NCBI GenBank assembly: GCA_039915685.1
Contig: JBDSMU010000169.1
Span: 1 to 62,056 of the forward strand
Direction of reading: 5' to 3'
DNA: 62,056 bases
DNA from: Gemmatimonadales bacterium
GTDB taxonomy: Bacteria > Gemmatimonadota > Gemmatimonadetes > Gemmatimonadales > GWC2-71-9
The position numbers and the translations under genes are program-made. Shown piece by piece: positions 21,175 through 30,424 of the stretch. How positions within the stretch are numbered: position 1 is the first letter of the stretch; every line of letters begins with the position of its first letter. Under the pieces are notes generated by a model. It was given only the letters and a program-made list of their open reading frames with translations. It did no database searches and was not told the origin of the DNA.

Positions 21175-21964
21175 CACAGTGGTGGCTGAGTCGGCCATCG
21201 AGCGTGCGTGGAATGCATCGCGCGCCGAGTGCCGGACAGCTCTCATCCCCTACCTGACGGCGGGGTTTCCGACGGTTGTGGATTCGCGGGCGATGCTCGA
21301 GGCATCAGCGGAATGGTCCGATATCATTGAAGTCGGTGTACCGTTCAGTGATCCCCTCGCTGATGGCCCCACTATCCAGGCATCTACGTTCCGCGCACTC
21401 GAGAACGGGATGACGCTGCCGCGGACCCTTGAGCTCGTTGCCGATGCTGCGGTACAGCGACCGGTTGTTCTCTTTTCCTACCTCAACCCGATCCTGCAAT
21501 ACGGTGCCGAACGCCTGGTACGGGACGCCGCGAGCATCGGCGTGCGAGGCATCCTCCTCACTGACCTTCCCGTGGGCGGCGATGCGGCGCTGGAGGAGTC
21601 CCTCGGCGGCGGTCCACTGAACCTCATCCGTTTGGTGGCACCGACCACGACGGGTGAGCGATTGCAGCGGTCCGTGGACGGCGCCCGGGGCTTTATTTAT
21701 CTCGTCGCACGGCTTGGGGTGACCGGCGCGTCGAATGCGGTCGACGCGGGCCTCGAAGCCTCCATTGCCAGGGTCCGCGCGGCGACCCCCCTTCCCATTG
21801 CGGTGGGATTCGGGATCTCGAATCCCGAACAGGCGGCATCGGTGGCACGACACGCCGACGGAGTGGTCGTAGGCAGTGCGCTGGTGGACATTCTTGGTCG
21901 GGAGGGTGTGGCGGCCTCGGCACGCTTCCTGGCTGGACTTCGTGCCGCGCTGGGCCCCACGTGA
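21167..21964 (+). CDS. trpA: Tryptophan synthase alpha chain
   Basis: LIPYLTAGFP, IEVGVPFSDPLADGPTIQ, YLNP and AVGFGIS. Start uncertain (TTG at 21167 or GTG about 21179). Confidence 0.96.
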   Translation: MSDTVVAESAIERAWNASRAECRTALIPYLTAGFPTVVDSRAMLEASAEWSDIIEVGVPFSDPLADGPTIQASTFRALENGMTLPRTLELVADAAVQRPVVLFSYLNPILQYGAERLVRDAASIGVRGILLTDLPVGGDAALEESLGGGPLNLIRLVAPTTTGERLQRSVDGARGFIYLVARLGVTGASNAVDAGLEASIARVRAATPLPIAVGFGISNPEQAASVARHADGVVVGSALVDILGREGVAASARFLAGLRAALGPT

Positions 21965-22368
21965 TGCCGATAGCCTATGTAGCGGTGGGCAGCAACCTCG
22001 GTGACCGCGAACGGTGGCACGCGCTCGCGAAGTCGGGGCTGGGCGACTTGGACGGTGTCCGCCTCGACACGGCCACACGGGCGCAGGAGACGGCTCCGCT
22101 CGGCGGCGCCGATCAGCCGTTGTACCTCAACCGCATGATTCGCCTCGAAACGACCCTCACACCCCACGCGCTGCTCGGTGCCTGTCACGATCTTGAACGG
22201 GCCGCCGGTCGGGACCGCAGCCAGCGCTGGGCGTCGCGGACCCTCGACCTTGACCTCGTGCGCTACGACGACGTGACGTGTGACACCCCAACATTGGTGT
22301 TGCCGCACCCGGGCTTGCGCGACCGCACGTTCTGGGCACGCGAGATCGCTGAGCTGGAGGCACGATGA
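21961..22368 (+). CDS. folK: 6-hydroxymethyl-7,8-dihydropterin pyrophosphokinase
   Basis: YVAVGSNLGDR, RWASRTLDLDL and LPHP. Confidence 0.93.
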   Translation: MMPIAYVAVGSNLGDRERWHALAKSGLGDLDGVRLDTATRAQETAPLGGADQPLYLNRMIRLETTLTPHALLGACHDLERAAGRDRSQRWASRTLDLDLVRYDDVTCDTPTLVLPHPGLRDRTFWAREIAELEAR

Positions 22369-23171
22369 CCGACCGGGCGCCGACGATGCGCGACCTCACT
22401 ACCCGCAAGGCGGCTGGTGAGAAGCTGGTCATGCTGACATGCTATGACGCCCTTTTCGCGCGTCTCCTTGAGGCTGCCGGCATCGAGCTCCTGCTCGTCG
22501 GCGACTCGCTCAATGAGGTGATCGCGGGCCGGCGCAGCACGCTAAGCGCAACGCTCGACCAGATGGTGTACCACGCTGCGGCCGTGCGGCGGGGTACCGA
22601 GCGGGCGCTCGTGGTCGTTGACCTGCCCTTCATGTCGTATCAGGTCAGCATTGAAGATGCGATCCGCAATGCCGGTCGGGTGATGGCCGAGACCGACTGC
22701 CATGCAGTGAAGCTCGAAGGCGGTGCAGTGATGGTGCCCACCGTGCGCGCCCTTGTGGAGCGTGGCATCCCGGTCGTCGCGCACTTGGGGCTGACTCCGC
22801 AGAGCCTACATGCGCTAGGTGGATATCGGGTCCAGGGGCGGGCGGACGATGACGCGGCGACGCTGCTCGCTGACGCGCTGGCGCTCGAGGAGGCCGGTGC
22901 AAGTGCGGTCGTGCTCGAGCTTGTCGCCCGCACGCGGGCGACCGACATCTCCCTCGCGCTCCGCATTCCCACGATCGGGATCGGCGCGGGCGCGGGCTGC
23001 GATGGCCAAGTGCTGGTGCTTCACGATGTCTTGGGCCTCAACGAGGGGTTTACTCCGCGTTTCCTCAAGCAGTACGCGACGCTGGGCGCTGAGGTGCGCG
23101 ACGCGATTGCGAGGTTTGCCAGCGACGTGCGGAGCGGCGCGTATCCCGACGACGCCCACTCGTTCGAGTGA
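22365..23171 (+). CDS. panB: Ketopantoate hydroxymethyltransferase
   Basis: MLTCYD, LVGDSL, VKLEGG, HLGLTPQS and GIGAG. Confidence 0.97.
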   Translation: MTDRAPTMRDLTTRKAAGEKLVMLTCYDALFARLLEAAGIELLLVGDSLNEVIAGRRSTLSATLDQMVYHAAAVRRGTERALVVVDLPFMSYQVSIEDAIRNAGRVMAETDCHAVKLEGGAVMVPTVRALVERGIPVVAHLGLTPQSLHALGGYRVQGRADDDAATLLADALALEEAGASAVVLELVARTRATDISLALRIPTIGIGAGAGCDGQVLVLHDVLGLNEGFTPRFLKQYATLGAEVRDAIARFASDVRSGAYPDDAHSFE

Positions 23172-23175
23172 GCTG

Positions 23176-24030
23176 ATGCAGAAGTTCACCACGGTCGACT
23201 CGATCCGGCATCACCTCGCGCCGCTGCGCACCGACCGGTCCACCATCGCGCTGGTGCCGACGATGGGCGCACTACACCGGGGGCACGTCGCGCTCGTCAC
23301 CGCGGCCCGGGAGCACGCCGATATCGTGGTGCTATCCATCTTCGTCAACCCATTGCAGTTTCTCCCTGAAGAGGACCTGGCGCGCTATCCCCGTCCGCTC
23401 GACCATGATCGGGCCATTGCAGACGAAAACGGCGTCGACATCCTGTTCGTCCCCCGAGTCGACGAGATGTACCACGGCGCCACGGAGACTCGCGTCGTGC
23501 CCGGTGCCATTGCCGGCAGGTGGGAAGGCGCGCATCGACCAGGCCATTTCGAGGGTGTTCTCACCGTGGTGGCGAAGCTGCTCAACATTGTCCAACCGCA
23601 CATCGCGGTCTTCGGCCAGAAGGACATCCAGCAGGTCACCCTCGTGCGACGGATGGTCGCTGATCTGGACGTCCCGGTGGCGATCCGGACCGTGCCGACC
23701 GTACGTGAAGCAGACGGCCTCGCGCTGAGTTCCCGCAACGTATTCCTCAGCGCGGCCGACCGAATCGCCGCGTTGACGATTCCGCACGCACTTGACGCCG
23801 TGCGAGCCCGATGGACCGAAGGGGAGCGTCACGGGCCGGTACTGGAACGGGTTGCGGCAGGCGTGCTGGCGCGAACTTCGGGGGTGGTACCGGACTATAT
23901 TGCGGTGGTGGATCCGGACCGGCTTGCCCCGGTTGAGCATGCGGGGTCGGGCACCGTCGTGGCCGTGGCCGCGCGCGTGGGATCGACTCGCCTGATCGAC
24001 AATGTCATCCTCGGAGAGGACCCGGGCTGA
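23176..24030 (+). CDS. panC: Pantoate--beta-alanine ligase
   Basis: VPTMGALHRGH, SIFVNPLQF, RPGHF, FGQKD, LSSRN and RLIDN. Confidence 0.97.
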   Translation: MQKFTTVDSIRHHLAPLRTDRSTIALVPTMGALHRGHVALVTAAREHADIVVLSIFVNPLQFLPEEDLARYPRPLDHDRAIADENGVDILFVPRVDEMYHGATETRVVPGAIAGRWEGAHRPGHFEGVLTVVAKLLNIVQPHIAVFGQKDIQQVTLVRRMVADLDVPVAIRTVPTVREADGLALSSRNVFLSAADRIAALTIPHALDAVRARWTEGERHGPVLERVAAGVLARTSGVVPDYIAVVDPDRLAPVEHAGSGTVVAVAARVGSTRLIDNVILGEDPG

Positions 24031-24399
24031 ATGCGCCGTCGCCTCATGAAATCGAAAATCCACCGCGCCACGATCACGGCGGCGGACCTGCACTACGAGG
24101 GTTCACTCACCCTCGACACCGATCTGATGGCTGCGGCCGACCTCGTCGAGTACGAAGAAATACAGGTCGTGAACGTGAACAACGGTTCACGGTTCACCAC
24201 GTACGTGATTCCCGGTCCTGCCGGGAGCGGTGTGCTGCAACTCAACGGCGCTGCCGCGCGGCTCGGCATGACCGGTGACGTGGTGATCCTGATAGCGTAT
24301 GCGGATGTCGAGGACGTTGACGTGGCTGGGTTTCACCCGTCGGTGGTGTTCGTCGATGCGGCTAACCGCGCCCTGCCCGAGATCGCCTCGGCCTCGTGA
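24031..24399 (+). CDS. panD: Aspartate 1-decarboxylase
   Basis: KSKIHRA, YEG|S cleavage site and LNGAAAR. Confidence 0.97.
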   Translation: MRRRLMKSKIHRATITAADLHYEGSLTLDTDLMAAADLVEYEEIQVVNVNNGSRFTTYVIPGPAGSGVLQLNGAAARLGMTGDVVILIAYADVEDVDVAGFHPSVVFVDAANRALPEIASAS

Positions 24400-24965
24400 C
24401 CGTCAGGGGCGACGAACAGACTCGACTGGCCCAGGACGGCTTGCCGCCCTGGGCCATTGTCTCGCCCCGACGCCAGGAGCACGTCGGCCGAGTGGCAGCG
24501 CTCGTGACTGCGTGGACGGTGGCGATGCGACTCCCGATCGAAGAGTCGCACCGGTGGCTAAGGGCCGTCTGGCTGCACGACGCGCTCCGGGATGCGCCAG
24601 AGGACGAGATGCGCCGGTGGGCGCCAAACGTTGAGGGACCGGTTGAGCTTCGGCATGGGCCGGCGGCGGCGGCCCGTGCGGAACTCGAAGGGGAATGCGA
24701 CGACGATGTTCTCAGCGCAGTGAGATGGCACTCGGTGGGTTGGAATGGATGGGCGCAAACCGGTCGCACGCTGTATTGTGCAGACTTTCTCGAGCCCGGC
24801 AGGGACTTCGATCGTGATGAGCGCGGGGCGCTCGCTGCGCGGTTCCCCGACGATCCCGCCGGAGTCCTTCGCGATGTCGTGCGGCGGCGGTTCGCCTACG
24901 CGGATCTTCAGGGGTGGAGCCATCCTCCCGAAAGCCTGGCATTCCGCGCGGAGGTGTTGCGATGA
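24396..24965 (+). CDS. YqeK-like HD-domain hydrolase (putative Ap4A hydrolase)
   Basis: RQEH, WLHDA, HGPAAA, VRWHSVG and LYCADFLEPGR pattern, typical of the YqeK family. Confidence 0.8.
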   Translation: MTVRGDEQTRLAQDGLPPWAIVSPRRQEHVGRVAALVTAWTVAMRLPIEESHRWLRAVWLHDALRDAPEDEMRRWAPNVEGPVELRHGPAAAARAELEGECDDDVLSAVRWHSVGWNGWAQTGRTLYCADFLEPGRDFDRDERGALAARFPDDPAGVLRDVVRRRFAYADLQGWSHPPESLAFRAEVLR

Positions 24966-25378
24966 CCGCGCGCCATGCCGGTTGGGCGGTCGGGGTCGTC
25001 CTCTTTATCGCGGCGGCTGCCGTGGGGATGCGGAGATCAACGACCCGAGTTGCCGCGTCGGTTCCTCAAGCCTGGGATTCGCTGCCGCGCAATGTCGATG
25101 TCGAGGTGCTCAATGGTGCGGGTGTATCGGGCGTGGCACGTGATGGGGCAAACCTGCTTCGCCGCGCACTGCTCGATGTCGTGTGGTTTGGCGATGCCGA
25201 TTCCGCACTCGCAGGACAGGAACGCAACGTGATCCTGGTCCGTCGTCGCGACACGACCGGGGTCGGTCGCGTGCGCACCGTCATTGGCGGCGCCGACGTC
25301 GTCGATGCATACGATGTCTCGAGGGTGGTGGACCTCAGCGTAGTGCTGGGTCGTGACTTCGTCCGTCGCCGACCCTGA
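24962..25378 (+). CDS. Membrane-anchored LytR C-terminal domain protein
   Basis: N-terminal TM helix, VEVLNGAGVSGVA and DLSVVLGRDF. Confidence 0.85.
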   Translation: MTARHAGWAVGVVLFIAAAAVGMRRSTTRVAASVPQAWDSLPRNVDVEVLNGAGVSGVARDGANLLRRALLDVVWFGDADSALAGQERNVILVRRRDTTGVGRVRTVIGGADVVDAYDVSRVVDLSVVLGRDFVRRRP

Positions 25379-25417
25379 TCCTGAACGTTCCGCATTCCTG
25401 TGTGGAGGGACGATGCG

Positions 25418-25810
25418 ATGTCATCAATAGCGCTGCTGGCCGCACTCCGCGCCGAGATCCTGGCTTCGCATCGGGCGCTGCTTGACGCCGAGCGTGTCGC
25501 CTATGAACGGCTTTTCGGCCGAATCCCGGGGAGCACCGAGCTGTTGCAGCTCGCGATCCACGATCCGTGGTTTGGTTGGTTGCGGCCCTTGACGGCGCTG
25601 ATCGCGGCCATGGACGAATTGGCCGTGGACGATGAGCCGGGGGATCTGTCGATTCGGGTCGCCCAGTTCCGGGCATCAGCACGCGACCTGATGCGCCCCG
25701 ACGAGAACGGCACCGAATTCCAGCAGCGGTACTTCGACCTGGTGCAGAAGTCGCCGGATGTGGCCCTGGCACGCGGGCGACTCGCGCGACTGCTGGAGGG
25801 CGACCGCTAG
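25418..25810 (+). CDS. Hypothetical all-alpha protein
   Basis: GGAGG upstream and a natural-looking helical sequence (LLQLAIHDPWFGWLRPLTALIAAMDE). Confidence 0.75.
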   Translation: MSSIALLAALRAEILASHRALLDAERVAYERLFGRIPGSTELLQLAIHDPWFGWLRPLTALIAAMDELAVDDEPGDLSIRVAQFRASARDLMRPDENGTEFQQRYFDLVQKSPDVALARGRLARLLEGDR

Positions 25811-27150
25811 CGGCTGGCGTCGGTGCGGAACGAGGGCATCACCACCGCGAGGACCAGATCCATCACATTTGTGCCCGTTGGACCGGTCCGCACCAGCGCC
25901 CCGACGGACTCGAGCGCCGGATGGGCATCGTGCGTTTCAAGGGCAGCGGTGCCGTCGATTCCGCGTTTGCGGAGCCGTTCCCAGGTTGTATTGTCGACCA
26001 CTGCACCTGCCGCGTCGGTCGAACCATCACGACCGTCGGTGCCGGCCGCGAGAAGCGTCACCGGATGGGGTGAGACCTCGAGTGCCTCGGCGGCGGCGAG
26101 CGCGAGTTCCTGGCAGCGGCCGCCGCGTCCCGGGTCTTCGGCGATCTGCACGGTGGTTTCGCCTCCCCACACCAAAAACAATGGCTTGATCGAGGCACCA
26201 AACCCCTCCTCCACGAGCGCCGCGTTCTGGGCGTGCCATTCGATTGCTGCGCGGATCGTGGTGGCAGCGACGCGGCGGCCGGTCGTGGCCGCTGAACCGG
26301 AGAGCAGCTCGTCCGCCGCTCGGATGACGCACCCCGCTTCCTGCGCGGCGCCCACTGCGCCCTGCATCGCCGTTCTGTTCGACGCGATGATGATCGACTC
26401 TACCCCTGGAATGAGTTCCGCTGCCGGTGTGTCGCGTCTGCAGGCTGCCTGCAGGCCGACGGGCATTCGTGCGCCAACTCCCGACTCGTGAAGGACGCCT
26501 TGCAGCGCTTCGACGGTCCATGGGTCGACGACGCAGGGCCCCGATCCGACGGTTGAGACATCATCGCCCGGGACGTCGGAGACAATCCACGTTGTCATCG
26601 TGCACGGGTGACAGGCGAGGGCGAGCCGTCCGGCACTCCACCGCGTGACGCGCTTGCGTACGGCGTTCACGGCGTCGATGTCGAGCCCGGAATGGAGCAA
26701 CAGCCGAAAGAGCACCGCGACGTCGTCCATGGCGAGTTCGGGGAGCGGGCCGGCGATGAGCGAGCTCGCGCCTCCCGAAATGGCGACGTGCACCGCAGCT
26801 CCAGATGGAATCGTGCCGACCAGGCGGTGGATCGCCTGCGCCGCCGCACCTGACGCCGCGGCGGGCAGCGGGTGGTCGCCGGTGTAGCTGGCGAGGGATG
26901 GATGAATGGCGCCACCGCTCTCCGTCTCCACCACGATTCCGCCCGCTGGCTCACGCTGGTGCCGGGCGAGCCAGGCGACCAATGATTCTGCCATTGCGCG
27001 GGAGGCCTTGCCCGCGGCGATGATATAAACGGGCACATCGGGCGGCGTGCGCGTTGCCAGCGCGCGGTCCATGGCGGGCCGGGGGTCGGCCGACCGGACG
27101 GCAGCGGCGAGGCACGACTCGAGCAATGCGCGTGGTGAAGCTGGGATCAC
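25807..27150 (-). CDS. Glycerate 2-kinase, MOFRL/DUF4147 family
   Basis: AAGKAS, GDHPLP, ISGGASSL, SDVPGDD, GGETTV, GGRCQE, GTDGRDG and TGPTGTNVMD. Confidence 0.93.
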   Translation of the reverse strand: MIPASPRALLESCLAAAVRSADPRPAMDRALATRTPPDVPVYIIAAGKASRAMAESLVAWLARHQREPAGGIVVETESGGAIHPSLASYTGDHPLPAAASGAAAQAIHRLVGTIPSGAAVHVAISGGASSLIAGPLPELAMDDVAVLFRLLLHSGLDIDAVNAVRKRVTRWSAGRLALACHPCTMTTWIVSDVPGDDVSTVGSGPCVVDPWTVEALQGVLHESGVGARMPVGLQAACRRDTPAAELIPGVESIIIASNRTAMQGAVGAAQEAGCVIRAADELLSGSAATTGRRVAATTIRAAIEWHAQNAALVEEGFGASIKPLFLVWGGETTVQIAEDPGRGGRCQELALAAAEALEVSPHPVTLLAAGTDGRDGSTDAAGAVVDNTTWERLRKRGIDGTAALETHDAHPALESVGALVRTGPTGTNVMDLVLAVVMPSFRTDASR

Positions 27151-27208
27151 GGTGACTCCGGACGGTTCGGTGCAATATTACCGGCATGATATCTCTGTAC
27201 AGCCATCG

Positions 27209-28183
27209 ATGACCGCGCGCCCCCGGGTACACGTCACCCGCCGCCTTGTCCGCGCCGTGGAGGAGCAGCTTGGCCAGTGGTTCGACGCGGTTATCCCCGA
27301 ATCCGACCAGCCGTCGACCCCACTCTCGTTGCAGCGTGCGCTGGGTGACGCCGACGCGCTGCTCTGCACGCTCACCGACCGAATCACCGGCGAGGTTCTG
27401 GCCGCGTATCCGCTCCGCACCCGGATCATCGCGAGCTATGGCGCGGGCACCGATCACATCGACCTCGACGCCGCGCGGGCTCACGGCATTGTGGTGACCA
27501 ATACCCCTGACGTGCTAACCGATTGCACCGCGGACCTGACGATAATGCTCATCCTGATGGCCCTGCGCCGAGCGGGCGAGGGGGAACGGGAACTCCGGTC
27601 GGGAACGTGGCAAGGATGGCATCCCACTCACCTCCTCGGCCGTCGGGTGGGCGGCGCCACGCTGGGGCTTGTGGGAACAGGGCGCATCGCGCGCGCCGTC
27701 GCACGCCGCGCGATCGACGGGTTCGGGATGCGGGTGCGATACCACAACCCACATCACCCCGCCGTCGCCGAACTTGACGCACTGGGTGCGGCGCCGTGCG
27801 GGAGTCTCGGCGAGCTCCTCGCCGGCGCTGATGTCATCTCGCTGCATTGTCCGAGCACGCCGGACACCCGCGGGCTGATCAACGCTGAGCGGATCGCGGC
27901 CATGCCCCCCGGCTCCGTTCTGATCAACACCGCGCGCGGCGACGTATTGGATGACAATGCAGTCATTGCAGCCCTTGGGTCGGGCCATCTCGGTGCTGCA
28001 GGCCTGGACGTGTACCGGGGCGAACCGGCGTTCAACCCTCGCTACCTTGCACTCGACAATGTCGTGCTGCTGCCACACCTCGGCTCGGCCACGCGGGAGA
28101 CGCGCGAGGCGATGGGACACCGCGTGATCGACAACCTGGCGGCCTTCTTCGCCGGAGAGACACCGCCCGACAGAGTCGCATGA
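27209..28183 (+). CDS. D-2-hydroxyacid dehydrogenase (glyoxylate/hydroxypyruvate reductase, GyaR/GhrB-like)
   Basis: VTNTPDVLT, GxGxxA Rossmann motif, INTARG, LDVYRGEP and LPHLGSAT. Confidence 0.92.
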   Translation: MTARPRVHVTRRLVRAVEEQLGQWFDAVIPESDQPSTPLSLQRALGDADALLCTLTDRITGEVLAAYPLRTRIIASYGAGTDHIDLDAARAHGIVVTNTPDVLTDCTADLTIMLILMALRRAGEGERELRSGTWQGWHPTHLLGRRVGGATLGLVGTGRIARAVARRAIDGFGMRVRYHNPHHPAVAELDALGAAPCGSLGELLAGADVISLHCPSTPDTRGLINAERIAAMPPGSVLINTARGDVLDDNAVIAALGSGHLGAAGLDVYRGEPAFNPRYLALDNVVLLPHLGSATRETREAMGHRVIDNLAAFFAGETPPDRVA

Positions 28184-28206
28184 CCAACGCGAACAGGAGG
28201 AGCACC

Positions 28207-29220
28207 GTGCACGTCCGAACGTTGGTATGCAGGAGCTTGCTGGTATTCCCCATCCTGGGTTGCAGTGTCAACGCCGCAACACCTGGGACGACCTCCGCGG
28301 GTCCCATCGAACGCGCACTGGAGGTCCCGACACCCGCGGGTCCACTGGGTGCGACCTTCGTCGCGCCTGCCGGGTCTCGGCGCCACCCCGCGGTCGTGAT
28401 CGTGCACGGATCTGGTGCAGCTGACCGCGACCTGACCTTCGGGCGGAACGCGCCGTACCGCGATTTGGCCACCGGCCTGATGGCACGAGGGGTTGCCTCG
28501 CTGCGCTATGACAAGCGCACCAAGGTGAAGCCGTTCTGGTTTGCCAACCGGCCGTTCACCGTCCAGGACGAGACCATCGACGATGCGCTGGCGGCGGTGG
28601 CGCTCGTGCGCCGACAGCCAGAGGTCGATCCCAGCCGCGTTGTGGTAATCGGGCATTCTCTGGGTGGCATGCTGGCGCCACGCATCGCTCTCTCTGATCC
28701 AGCGCTGGCTGGCATCGTGATCCTGGCGGGTGCGACGGAGCGTTCCATCACCGATCAGATCACGCGTCAGTTTGCGTACATCGGTGCGCTGCCCGGCTCC
28801 GACACCGCTGCGATCAGTTTGCAGTTGCGTGCGATGGCGCCGATGATCGAGCGAGTGCGAAACCTTACATCTGCCGATTCCGCGAGCACACAACTCGTGC
28901 TGGGCGCTCCGCCGGCGTACTGGCTTGACCTGGCGATGTATTCATCGGCTGCTACCCTGCGGCAGATCCGGACTCCCGCGCTGGTTCTCCAAGGCGGCCG
29001 TGACTATCAGGTGACGACGGCGCAACTCGATGAATGGCTTGGGGCCGTGGGGCCGAGGGAGAGACTGACGGTGCGGCGATACCCCGCACTCAATCATTTC
29101 TTCATTCCGGGAACGGGCGCATCACGACCGGAGGAGTACGCCGTGGAGGGGCACGTGGACCCGGCAGTGATCGATGACATCGCCAGGTGGACACGGGCAC
29201 TGGGGCCCGCGCGGCGCTAA
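28207..29220 (+). CDS. Alpha/beta hydrolase, possible lipoprotein
   Basis: HGSG, RYDKR, GHSLGG nucleophile, QGGRDYQV and LNH. AGGAGG precedes GTG 28207, followed by an ILGC lipobox-like motif. Alternative start 28180. Confidence 0.88.
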   Translation: MHVRTLVCRSLLVFPILGCSVNAATPGTTSAGPIERALEVPTPAGPLGATFVAPAGSRRHPAVVIVHGSGAADRDLTFGRNAPYRDLATGLMARGVASLRYDKRTKVKPFWFANRPFTVQDETIDDALAAVALVRRQPEVDPSRVVVIGHSLGGMLAPRIALSDPALAGIVILAGATERSITDQITRQFAYIGALPGSDTAAISLQLRAMAPMIERVRNLTSADSASTQLVLGAPPAYWLDLAMYSSAATLRQIRTPALVLQGGRDYQVTTAQLDEWLGAVGPRERLTVRRYPALNHFFIPGTGASRPEEYAVEGHVDPAVIDDIARWTRALGPARR

Positions 29221-29221
29221 C

Positions 29222-30274
29222 TCACCCCGCCTGCCGTTCACGACGCGCCATCTTGACGTGTAGCTGGCCGCAGGCAGCTTCAATGTCGAGCCCCCGACTG
29301 CGTCGCACGACGGCCTCGATGCCCTGATCGAGCAGGCGTGCGCGAAAGGACTTGATCCCGCGGGCGTCAGTGGGCACGAGCGTGGGGTCGCCACCGGGAT
29401 GCAGTGGCAACAGGTTGACGTGGGCGCCGAGCTTCCGCGCCAGTGCGGCGAGGATGGCGGCGTCATCATCGGTGTCATTCCGGCCAGCAATCAGTACGTA
29501 CTCGAAGGTGATCCGCCTCGCGAAGCTGCTCGCCGCGACCAGCACTTCGCGCAGCGGGTATTTCTTCTCAATTGGCATGATTGCCGCTCGTTGGTCGGCC
29601 CGCGGCGAGTGCAACGAGATCGCCAGCCGGAATTGCTCAGGCCGGGCGGCGAGCTGCTCCATGCCCGGCACGATGCCCACCGTCGACACGGTGATGTGCC
29701 GCGCGCCGATACCGAACCCATCGGGATTGTTCAGAATTGTGAGTGACGTGTCGACGGCCGGCCAGTTCAGGAGCGGCTCGCCCATTCCCATGAATACAAT
29801 GTTGGTCGGCTTGTCGTCGGGGTTGCGAAGCACGATCTCGCGCACCTGCGCGACGATCTCCCACGCGGCAAGATTGCGCCGGAAGCCCATCCTGCCGGTT
29901 GCGCAGAACCTGCAGCCAAGCGCACAGCCCGCCTGCGACGAGATGCAGAGCGTTCGGCGGGACGCGGTGGGAATGAGCACCGACTCAACCTTTTCGCCAT
30001 CAGGTAGTTCCCATAGGAATTTCTGGGTTCCATCCATCGACTGCTGCACGGTGACGGTGGCCAGACGGGGCAGGGGAAAGGCGACCTCGAGTTGCTCGCG
30101 CAATGCGCCTGGAAGCTCGGTGGCGTCGGTCCACGTAGCCACAGGGCGCTGCCAGAGACGGGCCTCAATCTGTCGGGCACGGTATGCGGGCAGCGATGAT
30201 GCCCGCACCCAAGCCTCGATGGCCGTACGGGCGTCTGCGGGTGCGAGGTCGAGGAGATTCCTGGGTGGTGGCAT
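29222..30274 (-). CDS. rlmN: Dual-specificity RNA methyltransferase RlmN
   Basis: CISSQAGCALGCRFCATG radical-SAM motif, FMGMGEP and AACGQL. Confidence 0.97.
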   Translation of the reverse strand: MPPPRNLLDLAPADARTAIEAWVRASSLPAYRARQIEARLWQRPVATWTDATELPGALREQLEVAFPLPRLATVTVQQSMDGTQKFLWELPDGEKVESVLIPTASRRTLCISSQAGCALGCRFCATGRMGFRRNLAAWEIVAQVREIVLRNPDDKPTNIVFMGMGEPLLNWPAVDTSLTILNNPDGFGIGARHITVSTVGIVPGMEQLAARPEQFRLAISLHSPRADQRAAIMPIEKKYPLREVLVAASSFARRITFEYVLIAGRNDTDDDAAILAALARKLGAHVNLLPLHPGGDPTLVPTDARGIKSFRARLLDQGIEAVVRRSRGLDIEAACGQLHVKMARRERQAG

Positions 30275-30424
30275 TCAAGAAAACTAGCCGGTGGACCACC
30301 GAGGCGTGCCGATTCCAACCCCGCCGTCGCGCCCCGTGCCGCGTTGGTCGCCCATCGGTGCTGGGTTAACTTTCGAGTTCGTTCCGATCACGGCGCACGC
30401 GCCATTTCTTCGGCCCCAGGCTCG

